In this document: piece by piece, positions 42,509-56,900 of the stretch
How the letters are laid out: each line of letters opens with the position of its first letter
Numbering within the stretch: the first letter of the stretch is position 1
NCBI RefSeq assembly: GCF_963921235.1
Contig: NC_086124.1
Span: 15,624,001-15,688,000 of the forward strand
Length of the DNA: 64,000 nt
Reading direction: 5' to 3'
Source of the DNA: Mobula hypostoma
Lineage: Eukaryota
Notes under the pieces: model-generated
The model's database searches: none
Told to the model about the DNA's origin: nothing
What the model saw: the letters and a program-made list of their open reading frames with translations, nothing else
Position numbers and translations under genes: made by a program

Positions 42509-42652
42509 GTTAACATTTCAAGCAGAAGCCTCTTCATCAGATACCATTCTGCTAACATGCTTTGCTGCATATTCAAGCAGAGTAAACAGAGTTAACATTT
42601 CAAGCAGAAGCCTCTTCATCAGATACCATTCTGCTAACATGATTTGTTGCAT
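42509..42652 (+). repeat. Local tandem duplication, period 82 bp
   Basis: GTTAACATTTCAAGCAGAAGCCTCTTCATCAGATACCATTCTGCTAACATG at 42509 and 42591; single copy at ~15342. Confidence 0.85.
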
Positions 42653-44075
42653 AATTATTCCTGCCATCATGTGCAATCTCACTTCCTCCCATAATTTCCC
42701 CTCCTTACTCCAGCTTCCCTACTTATGTTCCCAGCTCTCTTTACTTCACCTATCAGTTCAGAAATTTTCGCTTTCTTGAATACCCTATGAAAGGGAAGCT
42801 TATCAAATGGACATCTCAGTTCAGCGCAAACACTCTTCCCTTTATTCACAGATTATGTTACTACACCAAAGATTTCAATATATTTGGCTGAAAGTGGAAT
42901 CACTTTCTCAAAACCCTGTTCACTTTGCCAGATTTCTGTTCAAGTTTTGGAGATGTGCATTTATTCCCTCCGTGGTTACAGATTCAAATGTTTTTGGGAC
43001 AGATGGTTAACTGTAAGTAGGTGACCAGAACTGCGCTCAATACTCCAAATTAGGCCTCATCAACGTGTTACACAACTTCATCATAACATCCCAACTCCTG
43101 TACTCAGTGTTTCGATTTTCGAAGGCCATCGTGGCTACAGCTCTATTTACAGTCCTTGCTACCTGTGAGACCACTTTCAAGGAATAATGGGTCTGTATTC
43201 CCAGATCACACTGCAAGCTTCGAAAGTCTTCCTCGTTGTCCACTACATCCCCATTCTTTGTTGATCCATCTTACAATATAATCACTCAGTTTGTGATATA
43301 GATGTGAAAAAAAAACAGGACCCAGCACTGATCCCTGCTTCAGAAGGGAGGTGATTTAAATATAGAAAATGATGAGGAGTGGAGATAGTGTAGGTTAGAG
43401 GGAGCTTTCCCCCATATCAAGAGCAGATAAAACTACAGGATTTGAGGTTTGGTTGAAGGGATAACAGGTTAAGAGAGGATTTGTTCACCCAGACGGTGGT
43501 GAGTTCCTGGAACACTGTACCGGAGAAAGTGGTGGAAGCAGAGTCGCTGATGGTATTTTCAAAATGTCACGTAAATTCCCAGGCTACGGAGCAAGTGCTG
43601 GAACAATGAATTATTATGGATGGATTCCCAATGGTTGGTATCGATGTGAAGGGCCAAATGGCCTGTAATACTGCTGAAACAATCTGTAAAAATCGGAATC
43701 AATGAATCTCTGCTACTGGAAACACGCAAACCTGATAAATATGATTCACCGTATTCACCATCTCTCGCTCTGTCCCCATTAACAATTCCACAGGGCCCTT
43801 GTTCATTCCAACAGTTTGCAACGGTTTATTCAGAACGCTGACGCTGTGCCGTTGCGGCTAAACCACTGGAAATTGACGGTCGTGGAGCTGAACGATGAGA
43901 GGCCGCTCTCTGCTCTGTTCGTCCGCCTGCCTTAATCTCCACCCCTCCCCGTCTCTCCCTCTCTCGGCATTTGTTCGTCACCGTCTCCACCCCGTACCGC
44001 CTCTCTGCCTTTCTCGGGCAGGTCGGGGCGCTACGTATAAAAGGAGGCAGCAGTAGTCGGTTCGTCACTGAGTGA

Positions 44076-44390
<315 letters not shown>

Positions 44391-44989
44391 GGAACTCCTG
44401 ATTCTGAACACAACACAAAGGCTCTTTTAAGAGCCACCCACCACCTCAAAGAGAGAGTGAGCAGTGACCCGGAGCAGAAATAGCTGATAAACAGAATTGG
44501 TTATTGGAGAACAGACCCTTTCTGTGTTTATCCGTACTTTCATCATTACAGTAGCTAGAGTTTAGAAAATGCTAAAAAGAAATGCAATTAAAGTTATTTC
44601 GGACCGCCTGAATTCCGACCACCAGTCACACATCGGTATCAGGCTACAGATGATTTTAAACCCGACGGGCGGCTGCTTGAATTCGATAACGGATATGAAG
44701 CCGATCGCACCGCTGGGGTCCTAGACGCGATCGGAGCGGACATTCAACTCCCAGCAGTCCGAACTTCCCCTCTCCGACATTTCAGACTGTGCACCCACCG
44801 TTAAACCTGCGTTGCGTTTCGCACCAGCAAGGAATTTCAATACACCCTGCCTGCCAATTAGTACAACAATCTAATCCGGACAAGAGCCCTTTCCCTCGCG
44901 CTTAAGGTATCCGCAGAGCAGCCCTTTCACAGACACTGTGAGTGGCTCTGAAAAGAGCCTTTGGGTCACTGGGTTCAGATTCTGTCTCT

Positions 44990-45541
<552 letters not shown>

Positions 45542-48500
45542 TCAAGAAACAGCAGCAGAGTCACGGAAATTAACCGCTCATTCTCCAAAGAGAAACTGAA
45601 ATTTGAAACAGCCCGCCAAAAATCCTTTGTTTAATGCTTATTTAAATTGAAATTATTGCATCTCCACATTCACTAATTACTGGAGTCCGCCACATTTAAT
45701 GTAAGTGCAGCTACTATTGCAACACTGGGTGGGGATTTAATTCACCCATTTCTTTAAATTAAGAAATTCTCAGAACGAAACCGGCTTCTTAGCTTCTGTT
45801 CGCCGTCGGTCATTGTTCGCGCATCAGGTTGTGACGAGTTGCTCTTCTCAAAAGGCCTGAAAATTTTGTAATGTAAAAGGGGACAAGGGAAGTAGATATT
45901 GGACCACTTGAAAATGACTGGAAAGGTAGAAATGGGCGAGAAGGAAATGGTGGACGATCTGAATAAGTATTTTGCAATTGTCTTCGCTGTGGAAGATACT
46001 AGCAGTATGCCAGTGTTCGAGAGTGTCAGGGCCAGAAGTGAGTGAAATTGCGATTACTAGTGAGAAAGTGCTTGGAAAACTGAAAGGTCTGAAGATAGAT
46101 AAATCACCTGGTATATACCCCAGGGTTCTGATAGAGGTGGACGAACAGATTGTAGACGCGTTAGAATGATCTTTCAAGAATTACTGGAATCTGGAACAGT
46201 TCCACAGGACTATAAATTGCAAAAATCATTCACTCTTCAAGAAGGAAGAGTTGCAGAAGAAAGGAAATTATTGGCCAGTTAGTGTGACCTTAGTGGTTGG
46301 GAAGATGTTGGAGTGGATTGTTAAGATGTGGTTTTGGATACTTGGAGCACATGATAAAATAGGCTGAAGCCAGGATGGTTTCCTTAAGGGAAAATGTTGC
46401 CTGACAAATCTGTCAGAATTATTTGAAGAAATAACAAACCGGACAGATAAAGGAGAATTGATGGATGTTATGTATTTAGATTTTCAGAAGCTTATAACAA
46501 GATAAGAGCCCATGGTATTACAAAAAAGATACCAGTATGGGTAGAGCATTGGCTCATTGGCAGAAGGCAAAGAGTGGGAATAAAGGGAGCCTTTCCTGGA
46601 ATACTTCCAGTGACTGATGGTGTTAAATAGGTGTCTGTGTTGGGACCCCTCTTTTTTTTACATTATATGTCAACGATTCAGATAATGGATTTGATGGATT
46701 TTTGCCAAACTTGAAGATGATACAAAGATAGGTGAGGGAGCAAGTATCACTATAGAAGCAGGTAGTCTGCACAAGGACTGAAACAGATTAGGAGAATGGG
46801 TAAAGAAGTGCCAGATGGAATACAGGTTTGGGAATTGTATGGCTATGCACGTTGTAAAAGAAATAAAAGTGTATACTAATTCTAATTGGAGAGAAAATTC
46901 AAAAAATCCAAGGTACAGAGGAACTTAGGAGTTCTTACGCAGGATCCACTAAAGTTTAATTTGCTTGTTGAGTCGGTGGTGAGGAAGCGAAATGCAATGT
47001 GAGCATTAATTTCAAGAGGACTAGAATTTAAAAGCAAGGGTGTAATGTTGAGGTTTTATTGGCATCCATTAGTCTCATGAGACCATAGACTTGCACCTTG
47101 GAAGGTTTCCAGTGCGCAGGCCTGGGCAAGGTTATTTGGAAGACTGGCAGTTGCCTATACTGCAAGTCTCCCCTCTCCACACCACCAATTTTGTCCAAGG
47201 TTAGGGCACTAGGGCTGATACAGCTTCCAATACACTGGTGTCGTCGCACAGCAATGTATGGTTAAGTGCAAGGACACAACACGCTGCTTCAGCTGAGGCT
47301 TGAACTAGCGACCTTCAGATCACTAGACCGATGCCTTCACCACTTGGCCACGCACCAACACTGAGGCTTTATAAGGCACTGATAAGGCCTCATTTGGAGT
47401 AATGAGCATTTTGGGCCTCTTATCTGAGAAAGGATGGGCTGATATTGTGGAGCTATCAAAGGAAGTTCATGAAATCAAGTCTGGGATAGAAACGGTTGTC
47501 ATATAAAGAGTTTTTGATTGCTCTGGGCAAATGTAGAAACACTTCAATAGAGTGGATGTGTAAGAGATTATTTCCTGTGGTGTGGGAGTCTGACACCAGA
47601 GGCCACAACCTCGAAACAGAGGGACATCCATTTAAAATGGAGATGAAAGGGAATTTCTTTAGCTAGAGACTGGAGAATCTGTGGCATTCATTGCATTGAT
47701 GGTCAAGTGATTGGGTATATTTAAGGTAGAGCTTGATAGTTACTTGATTGGTCGGGGCCTGATGTTTATGGGGTGAAGGCAGGGGAGGGAAATGGATCAG
47801 CCATAATGAAATGGTGGAGCAGGCTCGATGATCTTTATCTGTTCCTATGACTTATAATTGCAACTTCCCCCCTTCTGAGCTCTCATCTCCTCCAAAGTGA
47901 AGTCATCTTTTTCTAAGTTCAATTCAATTTAATCTCCACTTCAATTAAGTGTTTTACAGTTCCTGCCAGATTGAGAGAACATGATCCTTAATTAAAACCT
48001 TTGCCTCTCTCTTACTTCGTGGGATACAGGTATCAGTATCACAGCACTGCCCTTCATAGATTGTTTAGCCAACCTATCGACTACTTCCGACATGAGCTGT
48101 GATCCAGAAAAGCAGACATACTGCGGCTGTAATAATGTTTGCCTAACTTCCAACAGAACACCCAGACAAGGATTGGACGACCCATCTTAAGACGACATAA
48201 TACAGAGAAGGAATCAGATCAGACAACACAGTTAGGCTGTGCATACTCTATCCACTGCAATGCAAGGATTGCCAGCAATTCGATAGTATAAACTGGGTGT
48301 TCATTAGAAAAACGTTTTCTGACACCTGAAATGATGGGACATAGACTGCTGCACTGGTGTTATAAGACACTGGGCCTTTAGAATTCCATTCCATCATATT
48401 GATGAAGCACAGATGGAGAAATCACTACCTCTTAAGTTACACACCCAGCACATACTGACGGCCTCCCCCAGTCAACTCTACCCCAGTTAAAGCAAATAGA

Positions 48501-48942
48501 GAGGGAGGAATAATGGATAAAGTCACGTAGGAGCGTAGTTCATATCGGACAGGCGCATGTTCCCTGCCTGATCGTTTCCTTCCCACCCAAAAACAAATCT
48601 TACGAGCTTGGTGTTCCAGACAATTCGTTAATAAATTCAGAGTTTGATGATCATCCTCGTCCACTGAGATCAAACCAGTAACTCATAGCAATGTGCAATC
48701 TTCGTAAATACAATGGCAACTCACCGATTTCCCCCTGCAGAGCAGAAATAGAAGACGTAACGGCACAACACAAATGTTACCCAGCGGTACCGAACTTCTG
48801 ATGCTCCGTGTCGATGAGGTATATGGGGGCGGGGCTGGCATGTTTAACAAAAGGTCAGTGAACAGAAACAGACAGCCCTTTCCACTGCTGTGTTGGTGGC
48901 TCTTAAAAGAGCCTTTTGTTGTGCGTGGTGCCGAGGTGGGAT

Positions 48943-49359
<417 letters not shown>

Positions 49360-50261
49360 TCAGCAGTCCAAAAGCAACTTCAAATACCGGGATCGGAATA
49401 GCGGAGCAGATGCAGGAACCAGCTTTTAAAGAGTTGATGAAGGGCCGCCCCACTCTCTGATTGGTTGCAAGGGAGATGTGTATTGCAGGCCCCAGCGTTG
49501 CGATTGGCTGCTTTCCATCACCAGTTTGAAGCTGGCCGGTGGTGGGGGTGGGGGAGATGGTGGGGAATATTACCCACGACCAAATATGGAAATTGGTGAC
49601 TCAGGGTCGAAATTTAGCCAGTCTGACTGCAGTGATTGGATGGCGGTTCAATTTCAATTCTCCCGCCAATTCCAAGAGCAAACAAAAGAAAATACTGCTT
49701 CAACAGCAACCGATCTTCTTACAATTAAAAGAATCACGAATGATCAAATTTCACCTTGATGTAAATCATCGATCGTCTTCATTCAATTAGCTGAATCTGA
49801 ATGTTTACGTTTTTACTGAAATTTACTTTCGCGGTGAGTGAATTCAGTGTTGCCGGAAACGGGAGGACAGAGAGAGAAGACTGAGATTGATTTTAATTCA
49901 CTGCTTTTACTAGATGGTTTTGTGGGAAAACAGCCACAAGGTTTTCAAAAGGACCACAGGAACCAAAACCAAAATGAAATGCTGTTCAATACAGTACATC
50001 TTTAAAACATTCATTACAACCAAATAAATTAAATTAAATTATCAATCTCTTCATTCTCCAAATTGCTGTTCAAACCGACGGCCGCTGTCTCCTTTTATAA
50101 CAGCACCTTGACCTGCCCGAGGGAGACGGAGAGGGATGCAGAGAGACAGCTTCAGAGTAATTGAGCAGAGAGCGACCTCTAATTTCCAGCTCTTTCGTGG
50201 GAGATGTGAGTGGCTCTTAGAAGAGCCGTTGGTTTCAGGCCTTTAAACTGTGTATTTTTAT

Positions 50262-50906
50262 TTACTTTTTGGCAGTCGCCTTCTTGGCTTTCACGGATTT
50301 TGCCTTCGGTTTGGGTTTCGCCGACTTCTTGGGCGCCGGCGCCTTCGCCTTCGCCTTCGGGGCCGCGATCTTCTTGGGGCTCTTGATCTTCTGCGCAGCC
50401 TTCTTGGCCGCTGGTTTCTTAGCTGCCGCTTTTTTAGCCGTCGGTTTCTTAACACTTTGTTTCTTGGCTGGAGATTTCTTAGCTGCTTTCTTGGCCGCAG
50501 TTTTCTTGATCGCTGGCTTCTTGGTCTGAGATGTCTTCGCCGCTGGTTTCTTCACTTTTTTCACGGTTTTCGCGCTACTGTCCTTTTTAGCGGCCTTCAA
50601 GGAGCCGGAGGCACCTGCGCCCTTGGTATGAATCAGGGAGCCGCTTTCCAATTTCCTTTTAATGACAATCTTGATCTGACTTTTGAGCTTTTCCACATCG
50701 ACGCCGTTGGCGGCCAACCCCTTCTTTATCGCGACTATGGACACCCCTCGGGGACTGCGGCAATCCGCCACAATCTTGTCGATCTGTTCGCCCAGTTTGG
50801 GACCGGCTGGCTTGGTCCGGGCGGCCGCCTTCTTCTTTTTGGGAGCCTTGGTTGCAGCGGCAGGCGCCGCTGGAGGAGCGACTTCAGCGGCTGCGGTCTC
50901 GGTCAT
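50262..50906 (-). CDS. H1: Linker histone H1, 214 aa (U4)
   Basis: Four extra tail residues (KAKAKAPAPKK versus KAKAPKK). Confidence 0.95.
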   Translation of the reverse strand: MTETAAAEVAPPAAPAAATKAPKKKKAAARTKPAGPKLGEQIDKIVADCRSPRGVSIVAIKKGLAANGVDVEKLKSQIKIVIKRKLESGSLIHTKGAGASGSLKAAKKDSSAKTVKKVKKPAAKTSQTKKPAIKKTAAKKAAKKSPAKKQSVKKPTAKKAAAKKPAAKKAAQKIKSPKKIAAPKAKAKAPAPKKSAKPKPKAKSVKAKKATAKK

Positions 50907-53900
50907 GTCAGCGACTCTGTACAAACTTTCTCAAAACTCAGAACTGAGTGAGAAACGAAGAGAGAGGCGGCGGTACAGAGCAATTTAAAGGCAGCGAGCG
51001 GACGGGGCGGAGACACCCTCTCGTCAGCTCCTGGTCACTCTGTCTCTCTGTGTTTCTTTCTCCTCAAAAACACCCCCATTCCAATTAAAATAAGGCTCCT
51101 CCACTCCCAGATCGCTCTCTGTCTGTGTCCGAGGCCGGATTCTTTGCTGTAAAACAAGTTTGGTCCGAATTAAAGGCAACAGTTTTCATATAAATCCGTT
51201 TAACTGCTGCACCGACTTCGTTCTCTCCCGCGATCACCGGAATACTCACCGTTTTCCGACTGAAATATCGAAACCAACTAAAAATACGGGCAATTCCCAC
51301 TTTAGGACTGAGCTGGGGAGCTGGGCCATCTCGTGACAGGGAAATCTTTTTATTTTCCACAGGAGGGACGGCGAAATGCGGCGACGTGATCGGACTCACA
51401 AACACAGCCGCATCGCATTCAAAGTGTCACTGGTTTATCTGTTCTGTATCTTTCAATATTTAATTCACACACTTTGTTTATTTATGTGTAAAAAATCTAT
51501 CGAGTTTATCCTTTACACGCTAATTCGGAGAAACGTTGTCTCGTTTGACGGTATACATGTATATTGCTAAACGACAATAAACTTGATTTGTTTGACAGTG
51601 ATACCAGTCTGAGCTGTCAGGTCCCTCTCTGACACACCGTTCATATCTGCACTAACTGTGGGCCCGGTGTACAGTTCCCAGCACAAGTTTTCCTCTCCGC
51701 TTCCGTGTTACCGCGTGTTGCTTGTAGATTCCCAGCTCAGTAACATCACCGCTTCTTTCTCTTATCTCTGGAGCCATACTTTTCTCTTTAGTAAACATTG
51801 ATTACAAAACTCACCCACCTCCTGGGGCTCAAGACCTCGGAAGCCCTGCTAATCTCTAAGGGGACCGAATCTCTCCCTAACTACCCTTTTACTCTGAAGA
51901 CAACGGGAGAACCTCTTCGGGGATTCCTGAACTTTACCTGCCGGATCCATCTCATACTCCCTCTCTTTGCCCTCCTGGTTTCCTTCCGCAGAGCATACTC
52001 AATCTTTTCGTAGCCAGAAAGGGATTGGTTTGATGTCAACCTCCTGAATGAAATGTATAATTCCTTTTTTTCTTTTAAAACTGAACCTCATTATCTCACA
52101 TTTGCCAAGGTTTCCCAAACGTGCCAGATTGTCCTTCACCCCAACGGGAACATTCTGTTCCCAGATACTTGCTGTCCCACTTAGAAACAAGTCCCACTTG
52201 CCATTCATTCATTTTCTTTCTTACAGGCTCTCCAAATCAACCTTGGCTCGTAACTAATTCTCCCAACATTACCCTGCCCCAGTATACAGCACTAACCTGT
52301 GCAGCTGACCAACTGTATCCTTCCCATCACTCTCTTCAGCTAACAGAAATGACGAAGGTATCAAAAATTACAAGGGAACCTTGGTTAACCGTGCAAATCA
52401 GCTGAGGAATGACTGTCTTACTGAACATCCACACTCAGAAAAGACTTCAGAAAGAAGGCCAGTTCTCAAAAGTATTGGTTCCTCTTGTGACTGTACAGTG
52501 TCTGCGCTCTGTTCAGTCAGGACACTACGTTTGGGTTTATTGAGATACAGCATGGAAAAGGTCTCTACAACCCCTTCAGCCATGCTGGCCAGCAATCCAC
52601 CAGTTAAATCCCAGGCAATTTATAATAACCGATTAACCTCCCAACCAGTAGGTCTTTGGACTGTGGGAGGAAACCGGAGCACCAGAGAATGTATAAACTC
52701 CTCACTGGCAACAGCAGGAATTGAATGTTGGTCACCTGCAATTTTAAACCTTTCCTTCCTGAAACTTCCACAAAACTGGCATCACAGATGGACAGGATGG
52801 GGAAGAAAGTTTTTGGTACACTGGCCTCCATCAGCAAAGATGATTAGCACAGGAGCTGGAAAGTGATGTTCCTTTTGTGGAAGACATTGATGAATCCACA
52901 CCCAGAATATTCTGTGCAGCTTTAGGCACCCTCATTGGAGCCACAGTGTAATTAATTTTAAAACAGTGCAAAAAAGGTTTAGAAGAGTAACGGTGGAAAT
53001 TGAAGGTCTGAGTTACGTGATGGTGTTGGCTGTGTTGTCTGTGAACTTCAAACAAAGACATTAAGACCTGTCAGATATAAGTAGCCATGAATATGCTCAC
53101 TAAAGGGAGATAATACTGTCATGACCCAATCTTCAAAGATTGGTTTATTCTCCATGGTGTTTCGCTGCCAATACACCCACTATTCGAATGGTGGGCCCCC
53201 CTCCCTACAAAGGAGAAGTTACTTCCAGCTAACAAAGTAGTTTAAAGTAATAAACACAAGAAATTCTGCAGATGCTGGAAATCCAAAACAACATACACAA
53301 AATGCTGGAGGAACTAAACAAATCAGGCAGTGTCAATGGAAAAGAACAAACAATCGATGTTTCAGGCAGAGACTTTCTTCAGAACTGGAAAGGAAGCGGG
53401 AAGATGTCAGAATAAAAAGGTGGGGGAATAAGAACGTGATGTGAAGTCAGGTGGGTAGGAAAGGTCAGGGACTGGAGATGAAGCAATTTGATAGCATAGG
53501 AGAGGGGACCACAGGAAAAAAGGAAGGAGGGGGCTCCAGGGAGAGGTGATTGGTAGGTGAGAAGAGGCAAGATGACAGAGTGGAGAACAGAAGGGGAGAT
53601 GAAGGGAATTTTTTTTTACCAGAAGGGGAAATTGATATTCATGTCATCATTTTCAAGGCTACTCAGGTGGAATATAAGGTGTTGCTCCTCCACCCTGAGG
53701 GTGGCCTCGTTGTGGCACAAGAGGAGGCCAGTGACCCAACATGTCAGAATGGGAATGGAAATAAAAATGAAAATTTGGGCCATCACTTTGTTCCACTTTT
53801 GGTGGATGGAGCAGAGATGCTCAACATAGCAGTACCCCGATTTATGACAGGTGTCACCAATGTAGAGGAGGCTACATCCAGAACATCGGATACAATAGAC

Positions 53901-56900
53901 AAACCCAGTAGATTCACAGGTGCAGTATTTCCTCACCTGGAAGGATTCTTTGGGGTTCTGAATGGAGGTGAGCGAGGAGGCAGGTGGACAGGTGTAGCAC
54001 TTTGGCCACTTGATACATGCCAGAGGGGAGATTAGTTGGGGTGGATGAATGGACAAGGAAATTACCGGGAGGTGGGGGAAGGGTTGGGGATGCGGTAGGA
54101 AGGTAAAGTTATGTTTGGTGGTAGGATCCCTTTGGAGGTGTAGTTTAAAGTAGTTTAGAACAGATTTTTAAAAAATTTAATCACTTAAATCCAAACAACA
54201 CTATCAAAACACATTAAAATTTCAGACAATTTCTACCTTAAACATTTCCAAATTCTTGCAGAGCATCTCTATCTTATCTTGAATCTTGAAACATTATACG
54301 CTAAAACATTTCCCAGCCTCAGGTTTCCCATTCTCATTCTCAGTAACCTTCCCATGCTGGCAAACTCCCACATCTCCTCCCCTCTATCTCTCTGGTCCCT
54401 TTCATATCCTGACATTACTGTTTTTAGATTGGTGGCCTGTGCTCAGTGCTGTGTGGCAGGGATCTGTGCTGGGTCTCCTATTGGTTGTCATATCTGGTAT
54501 ATTGATGATCTGGATGAGATTATAGGTGTGTGATTAATAAGTTTCCAGATGACACCAACATTGATGGTATGGTGGACAATGATGAAGGTTGTCTAAACTA
54601 CAAGAGGGTGGACATCAGTTGTGTAAATAGAACAAGGAAATGACAGCTGGAATTTAATTCAGGCAAATCCAAAGTGTAGACTTTTGGTCAGTTAAACCAG
54701 GGCGGAAGATAACACAGCGAGAGGCAGTGCCCTGGAAGGTGCTGCCTAACAGAGACACCTGTGGGTAGAGTTCCTAAAAGTTAAGTTGTAGGTGGACAAG
54801 GTGGCAAGGAAAGAAAATGGCACCCTTGCCATCATTGGTTAGGACAATAAGTACAAGAGTCGGGATGTTGTGTTACAATCGTACAAGATGTTGGTGAAAT
54901 TGCTCTTGGGGTATTGTGCGCAATTCTGGTCACCGAGCTACAGGAACAATGTGATTCAGCTGCAGTTAGTGCCGAGAACATTCATAGGGATGTTACTGGA
55001 GGGCTGGAGTTACAAGAGGAGACTGGGATAGGGTGGGACTGTTTATTCTGGAGCGCAGGAACATAGGCTGAATTTAAAGAGGTATATTAAAACAAGAGAG
55101 GGGCTAAATCCCTCTGTAGCCTCACACTGTGTAACCTCCTTCCATTCCCATGACCATCTGAAATGTCTGCTCTCCCACATCGGTAGGCCATTTGCATCGT
55201 TACTTCCCCCAGTCAGATTGGGGACCTGTGACCAATGGTGGGCTGCAGGGATCTGTGCTCTGTTGTGTGTCACATGCATTCATGGTTTGTGTAAGAATGT
55301 AAACAGCATGAGTAATAAATTTTAAAATGACACCATCAGACACGGGAGCAGAATTAGGCCATTCAGCCCATCAATTCTGTTCTGTCATTCCATCATGGCT
55401 GTTTTATTATCCTTGAAGCCCTGACAAATCAAGAACCTATCAACCTCCACTTTAAATATCCTCAATGAATTGGACTCCACGGCAGTCTGTGGCAATGAAT
55501 TCCACAGATTCACCAACCTCTGGCTGAAGAAGTTCCTCCTCACCTGTTCTTGATAGTGTCCTTGTATTCTGAACCCATCCCCTCTGGTCCAAGATTCACT
55601 CACTACATCCTTTCCACATCCACTCCATCTAGGCCTTTCAATGAGATCCCTCCTCATTCTTCTAAACTCCAAGTACAGGCCCAGAACCATCAAGTGCTCC
55701 TCAACTCTTTCATTCCTGGAATCATTGCTGTGAACTTTTTCTGGACCATCTCCAATGCCACCACATGTTGTTCTTAATACTCAAAGTGCAATCCAAGCAA
55801 TACCTTATAAAGCCTCAGCATCAGATCCTTACTCTTATATCCTGGTCCTCTTGAAATAAATGCTTAACATTGCTTTTATGTTCCTTAGCAACAACTCAAT
55901 CTACAAATTAACCTTTAGGGAACACTGAACAAGCACAAGGACACCCAAATCCCTTTGCACCTCTGATTTTTGAATTTTCTCCCCATTTTGAAGATTGTCT
56001 ACACCTTTGTTCCTTCTACTGAAGTGCATGACCATACACTTCCAATCACAATATTCCATTTGGCACTTCTTTGCCTAATCTCACAATGGTTCTAAGTCCT
56101 TTGCACACTCCTTGCTTCTATACCGGTCCATCCACCCATCTTTGTATCACCTGCAATCTTGACCACAAAGACGTCAACTCCAATAACCAAATCATTGACA
56201 TATAATGTGAAAAGAAGTCGTCCCAATGCCAGCCCCTGTGGAATACCACTAATCACCACCAGCCAATCAGAAAATTCCAATTTTGGTGGTCTAATGGACA
56301 GTCAGATTACAGTGAGACAGACTGATTAGGAGTGTGGGATAGGAAATGGACCATGGGATTTAACGGAGCCAAGTGCAAAGTGAGGAATTTTGATAATTTA
56401 TTTCAAAGCAGGGCTTACATAGTAAATGACAGGTCTCTGACAGGTGTAAAACAGAGACAAAGTGTTGACATAGGTAGACAAGGTGGTGAAGGAGGCATTT
56501 GGTACATTTGCCTTCATCAGAGTAGTGAGTACATTACCTTGAATGTCATGTCACAGCATAGCAGTTAGCACAAGGCTGTTACAGCTCTAGGCATTCTGGA
56601 GTTCTATTTCAGTGCCATCTGTAAGGAGGGTACCTTCTCGCTATGAACACATGGGTTTCCTTGGAGTGCTCCAGTTTCTCCCACACTGAAGACATATCAG
56701 TTAGGAGGTTAGTTGGTCATTGTAAATTGTCCTGTGATTAGGCTAGAGTTAGACAGGTGGGTCTCTGGGTCCAGAGGGGCTTGCATTGTGAGAGGATGGT
56801 GGGTAAGTGGAATATTCTGCCAGAAGGTACTGTAGAGGTGGGTATATTTATTATATTTAAAAGTCATTTTGCCAGGTACATTGATAAGAAAGTTTGAGAG

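Noticed and set aside
52381-52866. 150-160 aa spacer ORFs (also 24498-24950)
   Set aside because: Cross SINE remnants, use non-ATG starts and are disrupted in the other units
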